Both the position numbers and the translations under genes were made by a program. From an uncultured bacterium (GTDB taxonomy: Bacteria; Muiribacteriota; UBA9980), in NCBI GenBank assembly GCA_964551445.1, contig CAZKCG010000014.1:38689-102688 (forward strand): a stretch of 64,000 bases of DNA, written 5' to 3'. Below the pieces are notes generated by a model. It worked only from the letters and a program-made list of their open reading frames with translations. It searched no databases and was not told the DNA's origin. Below are positions 19,340 through 29,644 of this stretch, one piece after another (position 1 is the first letter of the stretch; each line of letters begins with the position of its first letter).

Positions 19340-21886
19340 ATGAAACAATATAAAGACGACGACAAATTAACGGACAAAAAGGATGATCTTTTTAACGGGG
19401 CTGAAAATTTCAACCCTGAAAAGTTATACCATACCGCTGAGACCGTAAGATTTTTCAGAAACGTTATCCGCACGGTCATATTTGTTATCATTTTAATAGG
19501 CGCAGGATGCGGTTTTTATCTGTACAATCGCATCGCTCCTAGATCTTCACGCGAAGAACCGGCTTCAGATGTCAAAACGCGTCAGGGCCAAGCTAAAACC
19601 GAAGCTGCACAGTCGAACGCCCCGGATGAAAACATGTCTGACGATGGCGACACCGTCGAAAATAATATCGACACGACGGCCGCCGTGGAAACTCAGGCGC
19701 CGGATGCGCAAAAGCAGGCAGCGGCTTTAAATGAACAGGGAATTCAAACGGCCGCCGTAGCGATAAAAAATTCAACGGCGCTGGCCGTCTCCACCGGCAA
19801 AACGGCGGAAGCCCTCTTGAAAAACGCCTCGATCAAAGCTCCTTCTACTGAAACCGTAGCCGTGACGCATCCCGGCGATACAAGAGCGGTGGCCGCCGCT
19901 AAAACTCAACCCGCCGCAACATACGAAGCCTCGATAAATAAAACCGGAACAACGGCGGAAATCGCAGCCGCCGTCACTAAGGACACAGCGGAAACTATAA
20001 TTGCCAATAATGGCGCAAAAGCCACGGCTGAAGTTAAGGCCAACGCCAAACCCGAACCGGCGGTTAATTTCGATATTACCCCGATAAACGCGCTCACGGC
20101 GGCCGGATCATACGACAAAGCCGTTCCCGCTATCATCGAGGCCCTTAAAATAAAAGGGTTGAATCAGGAGTCTTCCGACCGGCTCAACCTTTGCCTTTCC
20201 AAAATAAAGTTTTTCGCCGAAGCTAACCCGGCCGAAGCCGCGACTGCATTTTTGAAGGTCCGCACGATCAACGCTTCCGCTCTTCAATACGCGGTTTTAT
20301 ATCTTAAATTATTCCACAGGCAATATCCTGAAAAATGCAGGCTGCTTATCGATTCTGTCTTATCAAGCGTAAAGGTGACTTTAAGCGACGAAGAAAAGAT
20401 CGAGATAGCCAAGGCCTGCCTCGCTTCATCATTACTTCAGGAAACTTCACGGACCTTGAAAAATGTTATCGCCGCATCCGAACACGAAAAAGAGATCGCG
20501 GCCGTTAACTCAAGCTTAAAAATGGCGCAGGAAGCCGCCGTTCTAACATTGCCGGGAAATCCCTTTTCTAAAACTTTCCTCGCTCCGGATACCCTCGGGC
20601 TTTTTGATAAGAATAAACCGGCCGCAACACACTCGTCACATTTTTTCAGTTCGCCGGCCGTCATAAGAACGCTGTTTTTCAAACCCGGAAACGGCGCCGA
20701 GCTTTCCGCATGTACGGCGAAAGGTTCTATTTATACAATTAGTGCGGCGACCGGAAAATTCGAAAGAACCAGCGCGCCGGAAGGCGGGCCGATCGATCCG
20801 TTATGCGTTTTTAATTTTTACAGATCGTCGAATCACGCCCTTATAAAAAAAGGGGCCATCTATGGGCTTTCAGCCCTTGCCGATCAGATCCGGACTCCTT
20901 TTTCAGCCGCGTATATAAACAGCAACAAGTTCAATTATCCTTTCCTGATATCGCCGGATGAAAAATATATGGTTAAAATGACGCCGGACGAAAAAGTTAA
21001 GAACAGATGTTCCTTCGATATAGTAGAGCTTTCCGGCGGAAAGACCACTTTCAAGACATCCGCGGCGCTTTATTTTGAGAACACCCCAGATCAGAACGCC
21101 TTTTCGGCTGACATGAAGAAAAATTCCGTAGGGACCACTTTTGACAGCAGATTTTTTTATTATTTCAAGTCAGCGGAAGGATCCGGCGCGGCGGAAACTT
21201 CAGAAGCCGCCGTCCGGCTTCGCTTCTTTTCCCTCGATCTTGAAACTTCAGACGAAAAGCCGCTTTTCCAGATAAAAACGGCGAAACCTGAAAACATATC
21301 GGTATCATATTCCGGAGCGCTCGAAGCGATCATAGTCTCATTCAACGGAACTCTTTCGCTGCGCGGCTCCGAAGAAACCGGCGGGACCTGGATCATCAGC
21401 CGGACGGGCGACGCGGCTATCAGAATATCGCTCGAGCGGTACTCAAGTTTTGCGGCGCTTAAAACACCAACCGCTGCTTTTATCTTTGCCCTGACATCTG
21501 ACCGCGCGGCCGTAAAACTTATCGAGGTCAGAAAAAGCGATTTCAAAGAACTTTTATCATATACGGAGCAGTTGTTCAAGAAAGACCCGGAAAAAGCGCT
21601 GGAGATACTGGCCGGTTTCAATTCAAGGACCGGAGCGGGAACCGGCGGCGACCTTTTAAAAGCCGCGGCTGAATATAAATTGAAATCGGAAATATTCGAA
21701 AAGATCAAGATAGAACGGACGGTCATGGAGCTTAAAACATTGAAACGGCTTGAACTTCATAAGCTTTTAGTCGTAAAGGCGGAAGCGGCGCTTGCCGAAT
21801 ACGGCAAAAAATGGCCTGCTGAAACCGCTGAGATAGGCGAACTTAAGAATGAGATCGAGAAACGGGGCGGAAATGAAAAAAAATAA
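19340..21886 (+). CDS. Membrane-anchored hypothetical protein (single N-terminal TM; Ala/Thr-rich low-complexity region followed by a large globular region)
   Basis: One TM (VIRTVIFVIILIGAGCGFYLY). Ala/Thr/Lys-rich segment from about 60 to 250 aa. No recognisable catalytic motif. Confidence 0.5.
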   Translation: MKQYKDDDKLTDKKDDLFNGAENFNPEKLYHTAETVRFFRNVIRTVIFVIILIGAGCGFYLYNRIAPRSSREEPASDVKTRQGQAKTEAAQSNAPDENMSDDGDTVENNIDTTAAVETQAPDAQKQAAALNEQGIQTAAVAIKNSTALAVSTGKTAEALLKNASIKAPSTETVAVTHPGDTRAVAAAKTQPAATYEASINKTGTTAEIAAAVTKDTAETIIANNGAKATAEVKANAKPEPAVNFDITPINALTAAGSYDKAVPAIIEALKIKGLNQESSDRLNLCLSKIKFFAEANPAEAATAFLKVRTINASALQYAVLYLKLFHRQYPEKCRLLIDSVLSSVKVTLSDEEKIEIAKACLASSLLQETSRTLKNVIAASEHEKEIAAVNSSLKMAQEAAVLTLPGNPFSKTFLAPDTLGLFDKNKPAATHSSHFFSSPAVIRTLFFKPGNGAELSACTAKGSIYTISAATGKFERTSAPEGGPIDPLCVFNFYRSSNHALIKKGAIYGLSALADQIRTPFSAAYINSNKFNYPFLISPDEKYMVKMTPDEKVKNRCSFDIVELSGGKTTFKTSAALYFENTPDQNAFSADMKKNSVGTTFDSRFFYYFKSAEGSGAAETSEAAVRLRFFSLDLETSDEKPLFQIKTAKPENISVSYSGALEAIIVSFNGTLSLRGSEETGGTWIISRTGDAAIRISLERYSSFAALKTPTAAFIFALTSDRAAVKLIEVRKSDFKELLSYTEQLFKKDPEKALEILAGFNSRTGAGTGGDLLKAAAEYKLKSEIFEKIKIERTVMELKTLKRLELHKLLVVKAEAALAEYGKKWPAETAEIGELKNEIEKRGGNEKK

Positions 21887-24098
21887 CGGGAAATTTTTTT
21901 ATAAATACGATTCAATAGAAGAATATTTCAGGCCGGGCGGAACGATCGCGAGAAATCTTCGCGACTACGAAGAGCGCCCCGGACAGGGTGAAATGGCGTC
22001 GGCGATCTTCGGAGCGCTTTCGGACAGCAGGCACGCTTTGATAGAAGCGCCGTGCGGGATCGGAAAAAGCTACGCGTATATAATCCCGGCTGCGCTGTAT
22101 GCACAGAGCACGGGCGAAAAGGTCGTGATATCGACCAACACCAAAACGCTCCAGGAACAGCTCAAGGCGTCCGATCTTCCGACCATTTCTCATAAGTACG
22201 GACTTAACATAAGATATAAAATACTAAAGGGCAAGAGCAATTATATCTGCCTGAGAAAATTATACGACATTAAAAAAAGCGGCATACCACTTGACCTGTT
22301 CGGCGAATACGCGGCTGAAAAAATAAAATCCAGAACCGATATTTACTTAGACGCCATGAACGAGATCGACAGGCGCGATATAGCGGAATTCGAGGAATTA
22401 TCGCACGAAGCATCGACTGACATACATTTTCAGCGCATGATAGCCTGCCAGAGCGTCGACTGCGTCGGAGGCAACTGTGAATATTTCAAGAACTGCAACT
22501 ACTTCCGCGCGATACAGGAAGCACAAAAATCGGAGATCATAGTCGTGAACCACGCGCTTTACTTCGCCTGCCTCATGATCGAGGCGAATGAAAAGCTCGA
22601 GGCTTTGAGCGCTTTCGGCGCGGGCGAAGACGAGGATGGTAAAAGCCAGCAGGAAAAGGCGTTTTTAAACCCGATACCGTCGCATTCGCGCGTCATATTC
22701 GACGAGGCGCACCACATAGCCGACGTTGCGCAGAGCGGGTTTTCAATGTCATGCTCGCTTCACAAGTTCAATTCAACGCTTAACACCATCACATACGCGC
22801 TCAAAAAGAACGTGGGGAAAAAGGCGAAAAAGGTAACCGATAAGATCGCGGAACAGAAATACCTTGTGGAAGAGCGCATCAAGCTTTATTTCAACCATGT
22901 GGGAATGTCTCTCTTAGATGATTTTCTTACAAAAAAAGCCGAAGAGGGCGGCGGCGGTTCGTCAGCGGATGAAAGCGGCGCGGCGTCGGGACTTTCAAAG
23001 CTTATTCTTTTTAACGGCAATCACCTGGGCCGGATATCCGGGAATCCTAACGCGGATAACCTCATCGGCGCTCTTGAAACGCTTTCAGAAACGGCCAACG
23101 AGATAGGCGAGCTGCTGGTCGAAAAGAAGCTTCCGTTAAATATCACCGGCATCAACCGCATGATATCCGAAATGGTAACGGCGGCGGATCTGTGGTCGAA
23201 CGCGAGATCTTTAAGCGAAGAATATAACCTGTGGGGGTCGCTCCCGTTTCAAAGCGCCAGAAACAACAATTACGCAGACGTTGAAATGATAGCATCGCCG
23301 CTGGACGTTTCAAAGATCATCGCAAGCGAGCTGTTCTCGAAGAAAAAATCGGTCATATTGACCTCGGCGACGCTTTCAACGGAAAATAATTTCAATTACA
23401 TCAAAAACGAGGTCGGACTGACGAAATTCGCCCCGCTTGAAATAATGCTCGATTCGCCTTTCGACATCGAAGAACAGACCGGTTTTATAATACCGCCGAT
23501 AGAGGCGACCCCGAAGGACAGAAATTTCAACGAGGCCGTTTCACGCTGGGTCCAGGATATAATTTTAAAATCGGACGGGCGGACGCTGGTGCTTTTCACT
23601 TCCAGATATCTCATGGAATTCGTTTATCGCGAGGTCGGCATGAAATTGAAGCTCGACGGCTACGAGGTCCTTATCCAGGGCCAGATGCCGAAAGGAACGC
23701 TTTTAAGCAAATTTAAAAAAGACGTCAGATCAAGTCTTTTCGCTCTGGACAGCTTCTGGGAAGGCATCGACGTGCGCGGCGAATCGCTTTCCACGCTGAT
23801 AATTACGAAACTGCCGTTCAAGGTGCCGAGCCATCCTTTGAACGAGGCGCGGGATATTTACCTTAAAAAACAGAACAGGGACCCGTTTTCCGAATCGTCT
23901 CTCCCCTGGACGATACTCAAGCTCAAACAGGGAATAGGGCGCCTCATCAGGCATCAGAGCGACCGCGGTGCGCTGGTAATATTAGACACGAGGCTGCGCG
24001 ACACTTCTTACGGCAGGAAAATATCGGCGGCGCTTCCCAACTACAGAAAATTAAAAAATATCTCGGAAATAAAAGTTTTTCTGGAAAATAATCGATAA
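21873..24098 (+). CDS. dinG: ATP-dependent DNA helicase, DinG/Rad3 family (Fe-S helicase)
   Basis: Motif I (APCGIGKSYAYIIPA), VISTNTKTLQEQL, LKGKSNYICL, a four-Cys Fe-S segment (CQSVDCVGGNCEYFKNCNYF), a DEAH box (VIFDEAHHIAD) and C-terminal helicase motifs (…LDSFWEGIDVRGESLS…, …QGIGRLIRHQSDRGALVILD…). Start choice: ATG at 21873 (SD GGGG 7 nt upstream) versus ATG at 21849. Confidence 0.85.
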   Translation: MKKNNGKFFYKYDSIEEYFRPGGTIARNLRDYEERPGQGEMASAIFGALSDSRHALIEAPCGIGKSYAYIIPAALYAQSTGEKVVISTNTKTLQEQLKASDLPTISHKYGLNIRYKILKGKSNYICLRKLYDIKKSGIPLDLFGEYAAEKIKSRTDIYLDAMNEIDRRDIAEFEELSHEASTDIHFQRMIACQSVDCVGGNCEYFKNCNYFRAIQEAQKSEIIVVNHALYFACLMIEANEKLEALSAFGAGEDEDGKSQQEKAFLNPIPSHSRVIFDEAHHIADVAQSGFSMSCSLHKFNSTLNTITYALKKNVGKKAKKVTDKIAEQKYLVEERIKLYFNHVGMSLLDDFLTKKAEEGGGGSSADESGAASGLSKLILFNGNHLGRISGNPNADNLIGALETLSETANEIGELLVEKKLPLNITGINRMISEMVTAADLWSNARSLSEEYNLWGSLPFQSARNNNYADVEMIASPLDVSKIIASELFSKKKSVILTSATLSTENNFNYIKNEVGLTKFAPLEIMLDSPFDIEEQTGFIIPPIEATPKDRNFNEAVSRWVQDIILKSDGRTLVLFTSRYLMEFVYREVGMKLKLDGYEVLIQGQMPKGTLLSKFKKDVRSSLFALDSFWEGIDVRGESLSTLIITKLPFKVPSHPLNEARDIYLKKQNRDPFSESSLPWTILKLKQGIGRLIRHQSDRGALVILDTRLRDTSYGRKISAALPNYRKLKNISEIKVFLENNR

Positions 24099-24150
24099 AT
24101 AATTTATAATATAGCCTCATGTTTACGAAAAAGCTAGAAAGTAATGGTAT

Positions 24151-26964
24151 ATGAATCCGAATAATTATTTAAAAGACAACGAATTAACCGTACAGTTCTG
24201 GACAAAATTTAAAAAACGCCTGGTTTTTCTGGATTTTGAGACAACGGGGATCAACTTCGACTCCGACAGGATAATCGAAATTGGCGCGCTTGCGCTCGCG
24301 GGCAATGGGTGCGGCGAAGAGTATCAAACCTTCATCAATCCTCAGGTCCAGATCGCGCCGCTGATAACTTCGCTAACCGGCATTTCAAACGACATGGTCT
24401 GCGCCGCGCCGCTTATCGAATCACAGGCCGAAACCTTCAACGCGTTCTTCGCCGACGCGATCGTCATAGCGCATAACGCTAACTTCGAAAAGAATTTCAT
24501 CGCGCGCTTTTTCCCGGACGCTAAATGTTTCGAATTCATCGATTCGTGCGAGATCGCCATGCTCCTTCTTCCGACCCTCAAATACTACAATCTCGAAAAG
24601 ATACTCAATTTTTTCGGCATAAAGGAAAACGAGGACCACAGGGCGCTCGTCGACGCGCGAGACACTTATTACGCATTAAATCACATGATATCTTATGCTC
24701 TCGCGAATTCGAGCCCCGATTTTTTAAAGACGCTCTCATCGCATATCGATAAGGCCGCGAACGCATCGACGGCGCAGTTTTTTCACAATCTTTCCGCCGT
24801 TCACAAACAGCTCAACAAGGGCACGGCCAAAAAGCCGAAGCAGGCGGATGCCCCTGTAAAGCCTGAGACCCGTGGGCATCAGGGCCAGATATCTTTCGGC
24901 TTCATGCCGGAACCGAGCCTTGAAGAAGCGCTCGCTGCGGTTGCCGCGCACGGCGTCATCGAAAGCGGATACCTTCTGCAGTCAAGCTTCGTTGCCGATA
25001 TTATGAACGCCTTCGAGGAAGAAAAATACCTGCTCGCCGAGATACCGCATAAAGCAAACCGCATTAACTGCATCCTGCACGCGGCGGGGCTTTATTCGAA
25101 ACGCACGCGCGAGAACGTGCTTGTGATCGAATCGCACGCGCCTTCGGTCGACGAGATAGCGAGACACCACCTGCCCCGGGCGGCTGCGGCGTTCGGCGGA
25201 GAGGTCAAGTTCGGGATCTTGAAGGACCCTGAAAATTATATCTGCCAGTGCAATTTCAATTTTCTCGAAAGTTCGGCCGCGACCGAAGAAGAGAACTTTT
25301 TCATTCTCTATATCAAATCTTACCTCTCCGAATACCGGGACGGCAATCTCGAAAGCGTCGCGCCGTTTCTGACGAATAAATATCCCAAACTCAAGGAGAA
25401 ACTCGATTTTATAAAGGCCTCTGAATTTTTCTGCAGGAACGAAAGATGCGATATGCAGAAGAACTGCTGTTTCAAAAAAGCGATATACGAATATCAGAAT
25501 TCGGACGTGCTCATCTCGCCGCCGAATAATTTTTTCAAATGGCGCGACGCGGTCAAAACCCCGAAAAAAAATAATTTCAGCGTCATAGTCGATCAGGCGC
25601 ATAAATTCGAGGACACCTTCACCGAATCGTTCTCGGTGCGTTTCAATAAAGCCGACGTCATGACGGCGTTAGACGACGGGCTTAAATTCTGCGAAAAAAC
25701 ATTCGAGGGCCATGACGGCCACGACGACGCGGCGAACTGCAAAAGTTCGCTCGAGCACAGCATAGCGCAGGCCAACGATTTCTTCGGATACGCCGAAGGC
25801 ATATATTCGCACATCGCCAAAGACGACATAAGCCGCTCGGGCGCAAGTTCGACGATCCTTCTTGAACGCATGTTCGAGGACACCAACCTCCAGGAAAACT
25901 TTCTCGAAAAGCTAATCAATCTTTCGATAATTTTCAAACAGTCCGAAAAACACTTCGAAAAGCTGGTCCGATTCATCCCTAAAAATATGGCGGGATGCGA
26001 AAAAAGCCGCGCCGAGATCATTTACAGCATGAACAAGCACATACGCAACATGCGCAAATTCCGCGAATATTTTTTAACGATAATACAATCGGTAGACGCG
26101 ACCTACACGGCCTATCTGAAATACGATTTTTATAAAAAGGACTGGGGCTTCTGCACCGAACCCGTCGATATAGGAAGGATACTTTCCAAACAGCTTTTCC
26201 CGTTCGCGAAAAGCATGGTCTTTGTTTCGTCGTCTCTTTCGGTCAATTCGGACTACGATTTCATCAAATGGATACTCGGGCTTCAAAAATGCAGGAACCT
26301 CGAGGTGAAATCATACGAAAAATTCAGGGACACTACCCAGCATAGTTTTTTAATACCAAAGGAAATGCCTTATTTCGACTCCAAAAACACCGCCGCTTTC
26401 GTGGCGAAGCTCGGCGAGATCATATTAAAGATCGCCTCTAAAAAAGGCGGAAGGACCATGGTCCTTTTCAACTCGATCGAGAGGATGAACCAGGTCTATA
26501 AAAACGTGAGCGAAAGTTTTTCAAAACTCGGCATTATATGCTCCTGCCAGCGCTCGGAAATATTGAAATCGAAGATGCTCGAACAGCTAAGTAAGAACGA
26601 GACCTGCGTCATATTCGGCTCGCAGGGCCTGATGGACTTTCCCGACATGCAGGACGAATCCATCGACACGCTCATAATCGAAAAGCTGCCGTTCCCGTTC
26701 TTCGAGGACCCGAAGATCATTTCGCGCAAAAAACTGGCCGCGGCGAGGGGACTTCATGAATTTGAAGATTATATCCTGCCGAAAACGATATTAAAGATCA
26801 AACAGACCATCGGACGCATCAAAAGCGATAAAAACGGCAAAGGCCTTCTGGTCATCGCAGACTCTAAACTTATAAACGCGAAATATCTTCGCGAAATATC
26901 CCTGTCGATACCGGTCGGCAACACTTATTACACCTTTGAGGAATACTGGAGGGATCACAATTAA
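24151..26964 (+). CDS. DEDDh 3'-5' exonuclease (DnaQ-like) fused to a DinG-like helicase domain with degenerate ATPase motifs
   Basis: Exo I (FLDFETTG), Exo II (IAHNANFE) and Exo III (HRALVDARDTYY) motifs. The downstream DinG-like scaffold has its Walker A replaced (…IPHKANRINCIL…) and DQAH in place of DEAH (VIVDQAHKFED). The C-terminal helicase-C-like end is present (…LLVIADSKL…). Confidence 0.75.
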   Translation: MNPNNYLKDNELTVQFWTKFKKRLVFLDFETTGINFDSDRIIEIGALALAGNGCGEEYQTFINPQVQIAPLITSLTGISNDMVCAAPLIESQAETFNAFFADAIVIAHNANFEKNFIARFFPDAKCFEFIDSCEIAMLLLPTLKYYNLEKILNFFGIKENEDHRALVDARDTYYALNHMISYALANSSPDFLKTLSSHIDKAANASTAQFFHNLSAVHKQLNKGTAKKPKQADAPVKPETRGHQGQISFGFMPEPSLEEALAAVAAHGVIESGYLLQSSFVADIMNAFEEEKYLLAEIPHKANRINCILHAAGLYSKRTRENVLVIESHAPSVDEIARHHLPRAAAAFGGEVKFGILKDPENYICQCNFNFLESSAATEEENFFILYIKSYLSEYRDGNLESVAPFLTNKYPKLKEKLDFIKASEFFCRNERCDMQKNCCFKKAIYEYQNSDVLISPPNNFFKWRDAVKTPKKNNFSVIVDQAHKFEDTFTESFSVRFNKADVMTALDDGLKFCEKTFEGHDGHDDAANCKSSLEHSIAQANDFFGYAEGIYSHIAKDDISRSGASSTILLERMFEDTNLQENFLEKLINLSIIFKQSEKHFEKLVRFIPKNMAGCEKSRAEIIYSMNKHIRNMRKFREYFLTIIQSVDATYTAYLKYDFYKKDWGFCTEPVDIGRILSKQLFPFAKSMVFVSSSLSVNSDYDFIKWILGLQKCRNLEVKSYEKFRDTTQHSFLIPKEMPYFDSKNTAAFVAKLGEIILKIASKKGGRTMVLFNSIERMNQVYKNVSESFSKLGIICSCQRSEILKSKMLEQLSKNETCVIFGSQGLMDFPDMQDESIDTLIIEKLPFPFFEDPKIISRKKLAAARGLHEFEDYILPKTILKIKQTIGRIKSDKNGKGLLVIADSKLINAKYLREISLSIPVGNTYYTFEEYWRDHN

Positions 26965-28792
26965 CAGGCTCGAATACATACTGCAGAACGTTGAAAAACC
27001 TCAGCAGTACATAGGAAAAGAATACGGCCTAAAAACCCGGAGCGCGGAAGATGCCGCCGACAGAAAAAATAACGCCCGGTTTTTACTGTCGTTTCCCGAC
27101 ACTTACGATATCGGCATGTCCAATCACGCGATGAAAATAATTTATGAAATGCTCGACACGACGCCGGGCGTCATAGTAGACCGCGCATATATCCCCGACG
27201 ACGATTACGCGAAACTCTCGAAAGAACTTTCGTGCCCTCTGACCTCTCTTAATTACAGGCTTCCCGCGCTTGATTTCGACGTCATCGGATTCACGCTCGA
27301 ATACGAGCTCAATTTTTCGAACGTCCTTTATTTTTTAGATCTCGCCTGCATACCGCTTTTATCGGCCGAACGGCGCGAGGGCCATCCCATTATAATAGCG
27401 GGCGGGTCGGCATGCGTTAATCCAGAACCTATGGCTGATTTCATAGACGCTTTTTTTATAGGCGACGGTGAGCCTATGGTCCCGGAGATCGTCGAGGCCG
27501 TTAAAAATTCACGCGCCAAAGGTCTTTCCCGCGCGGAAACGCTCGCCGAACTTTCAAAGATCGAAGGCGCTTATATCCCTTCTTTCTACGAACCAGCTTT
27601 CGACGGCTTCTCGCAGACGGACCTTACGGCAAAAAACGAGAAGGCCCCGGCTAAAGCAAGAATGCGTCTGGCTCAGGACCTCGACGCGTGTTTTCACCCG
27701 ACCCATTATCCGGTGCCGAATTTCGAGACCATCTTCAACCGCGGCATAATCGAGATAGCCAGGGGCTGCAAGCACGCGTGCCGCTTCTGCCAGGCCGGCT
27801 TCATTTACAGGCCTTACCGCGAGCGTTCGCTCGAGGTCATTAAAAAGACCATACGAGAGATATTTTTAAACACCGGATATTCCGAATTCACCCTCTCATC
27901 GTTATCCGCCACTGACCACACGCATCTGCGTGAGATCATCGATTTCGTGGCCGGGCTCAATAAGAGCGGCGAAGAATTCTCGGAAACTCTTTTTTCGGTG
28001 TCGCTTCCTTCGCAGCGCATCTCGACGTTCTCGGTAGAACTCGCTCGCGCGCTTTCAAATAACAGAAAGTCGGGGCTTACCTTCGCGCCCGAGGCCGGGT
28101 CCCAGCTCATGCGCGACCGTATAAACAAAAACGTGACGGGCGAGGATCTTTTAGCGACCGCGGCAGCGGCAATAGACGCAGGATACAGGCTCATAAAGCT
28201 TTATTTCATGATAGGGCTGCCCCACGAAACCGACGACGATCTCCGGGAAATGGCAGTTCTTGTTTCAAAGGTCATGGATGTGGCCCGCGAAAAAAGGGCG
28301 AAGGCTTTCGCCATGAACGTGACATTTTCAACCTTCATTCCCAAGCCGCACACTCCTTTCCAGTGGGCGGCGCAGACATGCGAGGACGAGATAAAAAGGC
28401 GCCAGGCGCTTTTAAAGGAAGAATTGAAAAGATTTCGCAGCGTAACGATGAAATTCACGAACTACCGCGTTTCGGCTCTGGAATCGGCATTCGCGAGAGG
28501 CTCGAGGCTCCTTTGCAAGGTGCTTTTAAAGGCTCATGAACTCGGCTGCCGCTTCGACGCGTGGGACGATAAACTCAGATCAGGATCATGGGAACAGGCG
28601 TTCGCGGAATCGGGCATAGACATGAAAAGTTATATTTCACGGCCTTTCTCAATTGACGAGATACTCCCCTGGCAGATCGTCGATACGGGCGTCGCCCCGG
28701 CGTATCTTAAAAATGAATATTTAAAGGCGGCAAGCGCCGAACTCACTGAAAAATGCGACCCCGCAAGCTGTAAACGCTGCGGAGTATGCTGA
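26936..28792 (+). CDS. Radical SAM protein of the TIGR03960-like family (function unknown)
   Basis: Radical-SAM cysteine triad CKHACRFC (CX3CX2C) about 270 aa in, after an N-terminal domain. Overlaps the upstream stop. The start is uncertain: TTG at 26936, with a strong GGAGGG at 26948-26953 that could serve a downstream non-ATG start. Confidence 0.75.
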   Translation: MRNTGGITINRLEYILQNVEKPQQYIGKEYGLKTRSAEDAADRKNNARFLLSFPDTYDIGMSNHAMKIIYEMLDTTPGVIVDRAYIPDDDYAKLSKELSCPLTSLNYRLPALDFDVIGFTLEYELNFSNVLYFLDLACIPLLSAERREGHPIIIAGGSACVNPEPMADFIDAFFIGDGEPMVPEIVEAVKNSRAKGLSRAETLAELSKIEGAYIPSFYEPAFDGFSQTDLTAKNEKAPAKARMRLAQDLDACFHPTHYPVPNFETIFNRGIIEIARGCKHACRFCQAGFIYRPYRERSLEVIKKTIREIFLNTGYSEFTLSSLSATDHTHLREIIDFVAGLNKSGEEFSETLFSVSLPSQRISTFSVELARALSNNRKSGLTFAPEAGSQLMRDRINKNVTGEDLLATAAAAIDAGYRLIKLYFMIGLPHETDDDLREMAVLVSKVMDVAREKRAKAFAMNVTFSTFIPKPHTPFQWAAQTCEDEIKRRQALLKEELKRFRSVTMKFTNYRVSALESAFARGSRLLCKVLLKAHELGCRFDAWDDKLRSGSWEQAFAESGIDMKSYISRPFSIDEILPWQIVDTGVAPAYLKNEYLKAASAELTEKCDPASCKRCGVC

Positions 28793-28802
28793 TATCGGAA
28801 GC

Positions 28803-29507
28803 GTGATAAAATTGGAAGAGATAATAATACAGGCATGGTACAAAAAGACGGGAATAATTAAATACACTTCGCACCGCGACCTCATAAACACTTTTTATAT
28901 CGCGATGGGACGCCTTGCGCTTCCGGTCGTCTATACGGAAGGGTTCTCGAAAAAACCGAAGATCGCCTTCGCGCCGCCGCTGCCTCTCGGGGTGGCTTCG
29001 AACTGCGAGTTCGCCAACATTCATTTCAAAAAACCCTTGAAACTGACGATAGACGAAATACGGGAAAAGCTCGGCCGTTCATTTCCGGACGGATATGAAT
29101 TTTACGAAGCGAAGGAGACCACTAACGCCGAGGTAAAGGAAATGATGGCGAAGATATTCGGCATCAGATATTCTTACAGGCTCGAATTTGAAACGACCCC
29201 GGATATCGACGCGGGCCGGATAGCGTCCGCGGTGCTCTCGCGCGTGGCCGGGATCCTCGGAGAAAAAGAGATCGCGGTAACTCACAACGAAAAAACCAAG
29301 AACATAAGGCCTTATATTTTAGAGTGCGGAGTTTCCGGAAAACCCGTCGAAACCTCCGGCGGATGCGCGATAGAACTTTCGGCCGTTATAGCGTTCAAGG
29401 ACCACAGCACCATCAGGCCGCAGTTTTTATTCGACTACCTTCTCGCGGATATCCGCGGAAAAGTTTTATTCACTTACGACATAACCAAGGAAAAGATATT
29501 ATATTAA
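28803..29507 (+). CDS. Radical-SAM-linked DUF2344 (TIGR03936-like) protein
   Basis: About 230 aa. N-terminal …YTSHRDLINTFYIAMGRLALPVVYTEGFSKKPKIAFAPPLPLGV… is typical of this family, which is normally encoded next to the TIGR03960 radical SAM. GTG start. Confidence 0.65.
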   Translation: MIKLEEIIIQAWYKKTGIIKYTSHRDLINTFYIAMGRLALPVVYTEGFSKKPKIAFAPPLPLGVASNCEFANIHFKKPLKLTIDEIREKLGRSFPDGYEFYEAKETTNAEVKEMMAKIFGIRYSYRLEFETTPDIDAGRIASAVLSRVAGILGEKEIAVTHNEKTKNIRPYILECGVSGKPVETSGGCAIELSAVIAFKDHSTIRPQFLFDYLLADIRGKVLFTYDITKEKILY

Positions 29508-29644
29508 CATTTAAGAATATATTTAAGAGTTTTTTCATGCCGGACGGCGTTATATTTTTTTACGGCGTAATATCCTGAAAGATCAAAACGCTTACACGGC
29601 ACGGAACAGGAAATTTTATTATTTTATTGAAAGGGGTATGAAAC

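Noticed and set aside
24342-26286. Multiple minus-strand ORFs (up to 206 aa, e.g. 24982..25602) inside the Exo-DinG gene
   Set aside because: Antisense to a well-supported coding frame. Arg/Phe-rich products reflect the reverse complement of GAA/AAA-rich codons. No RBS.
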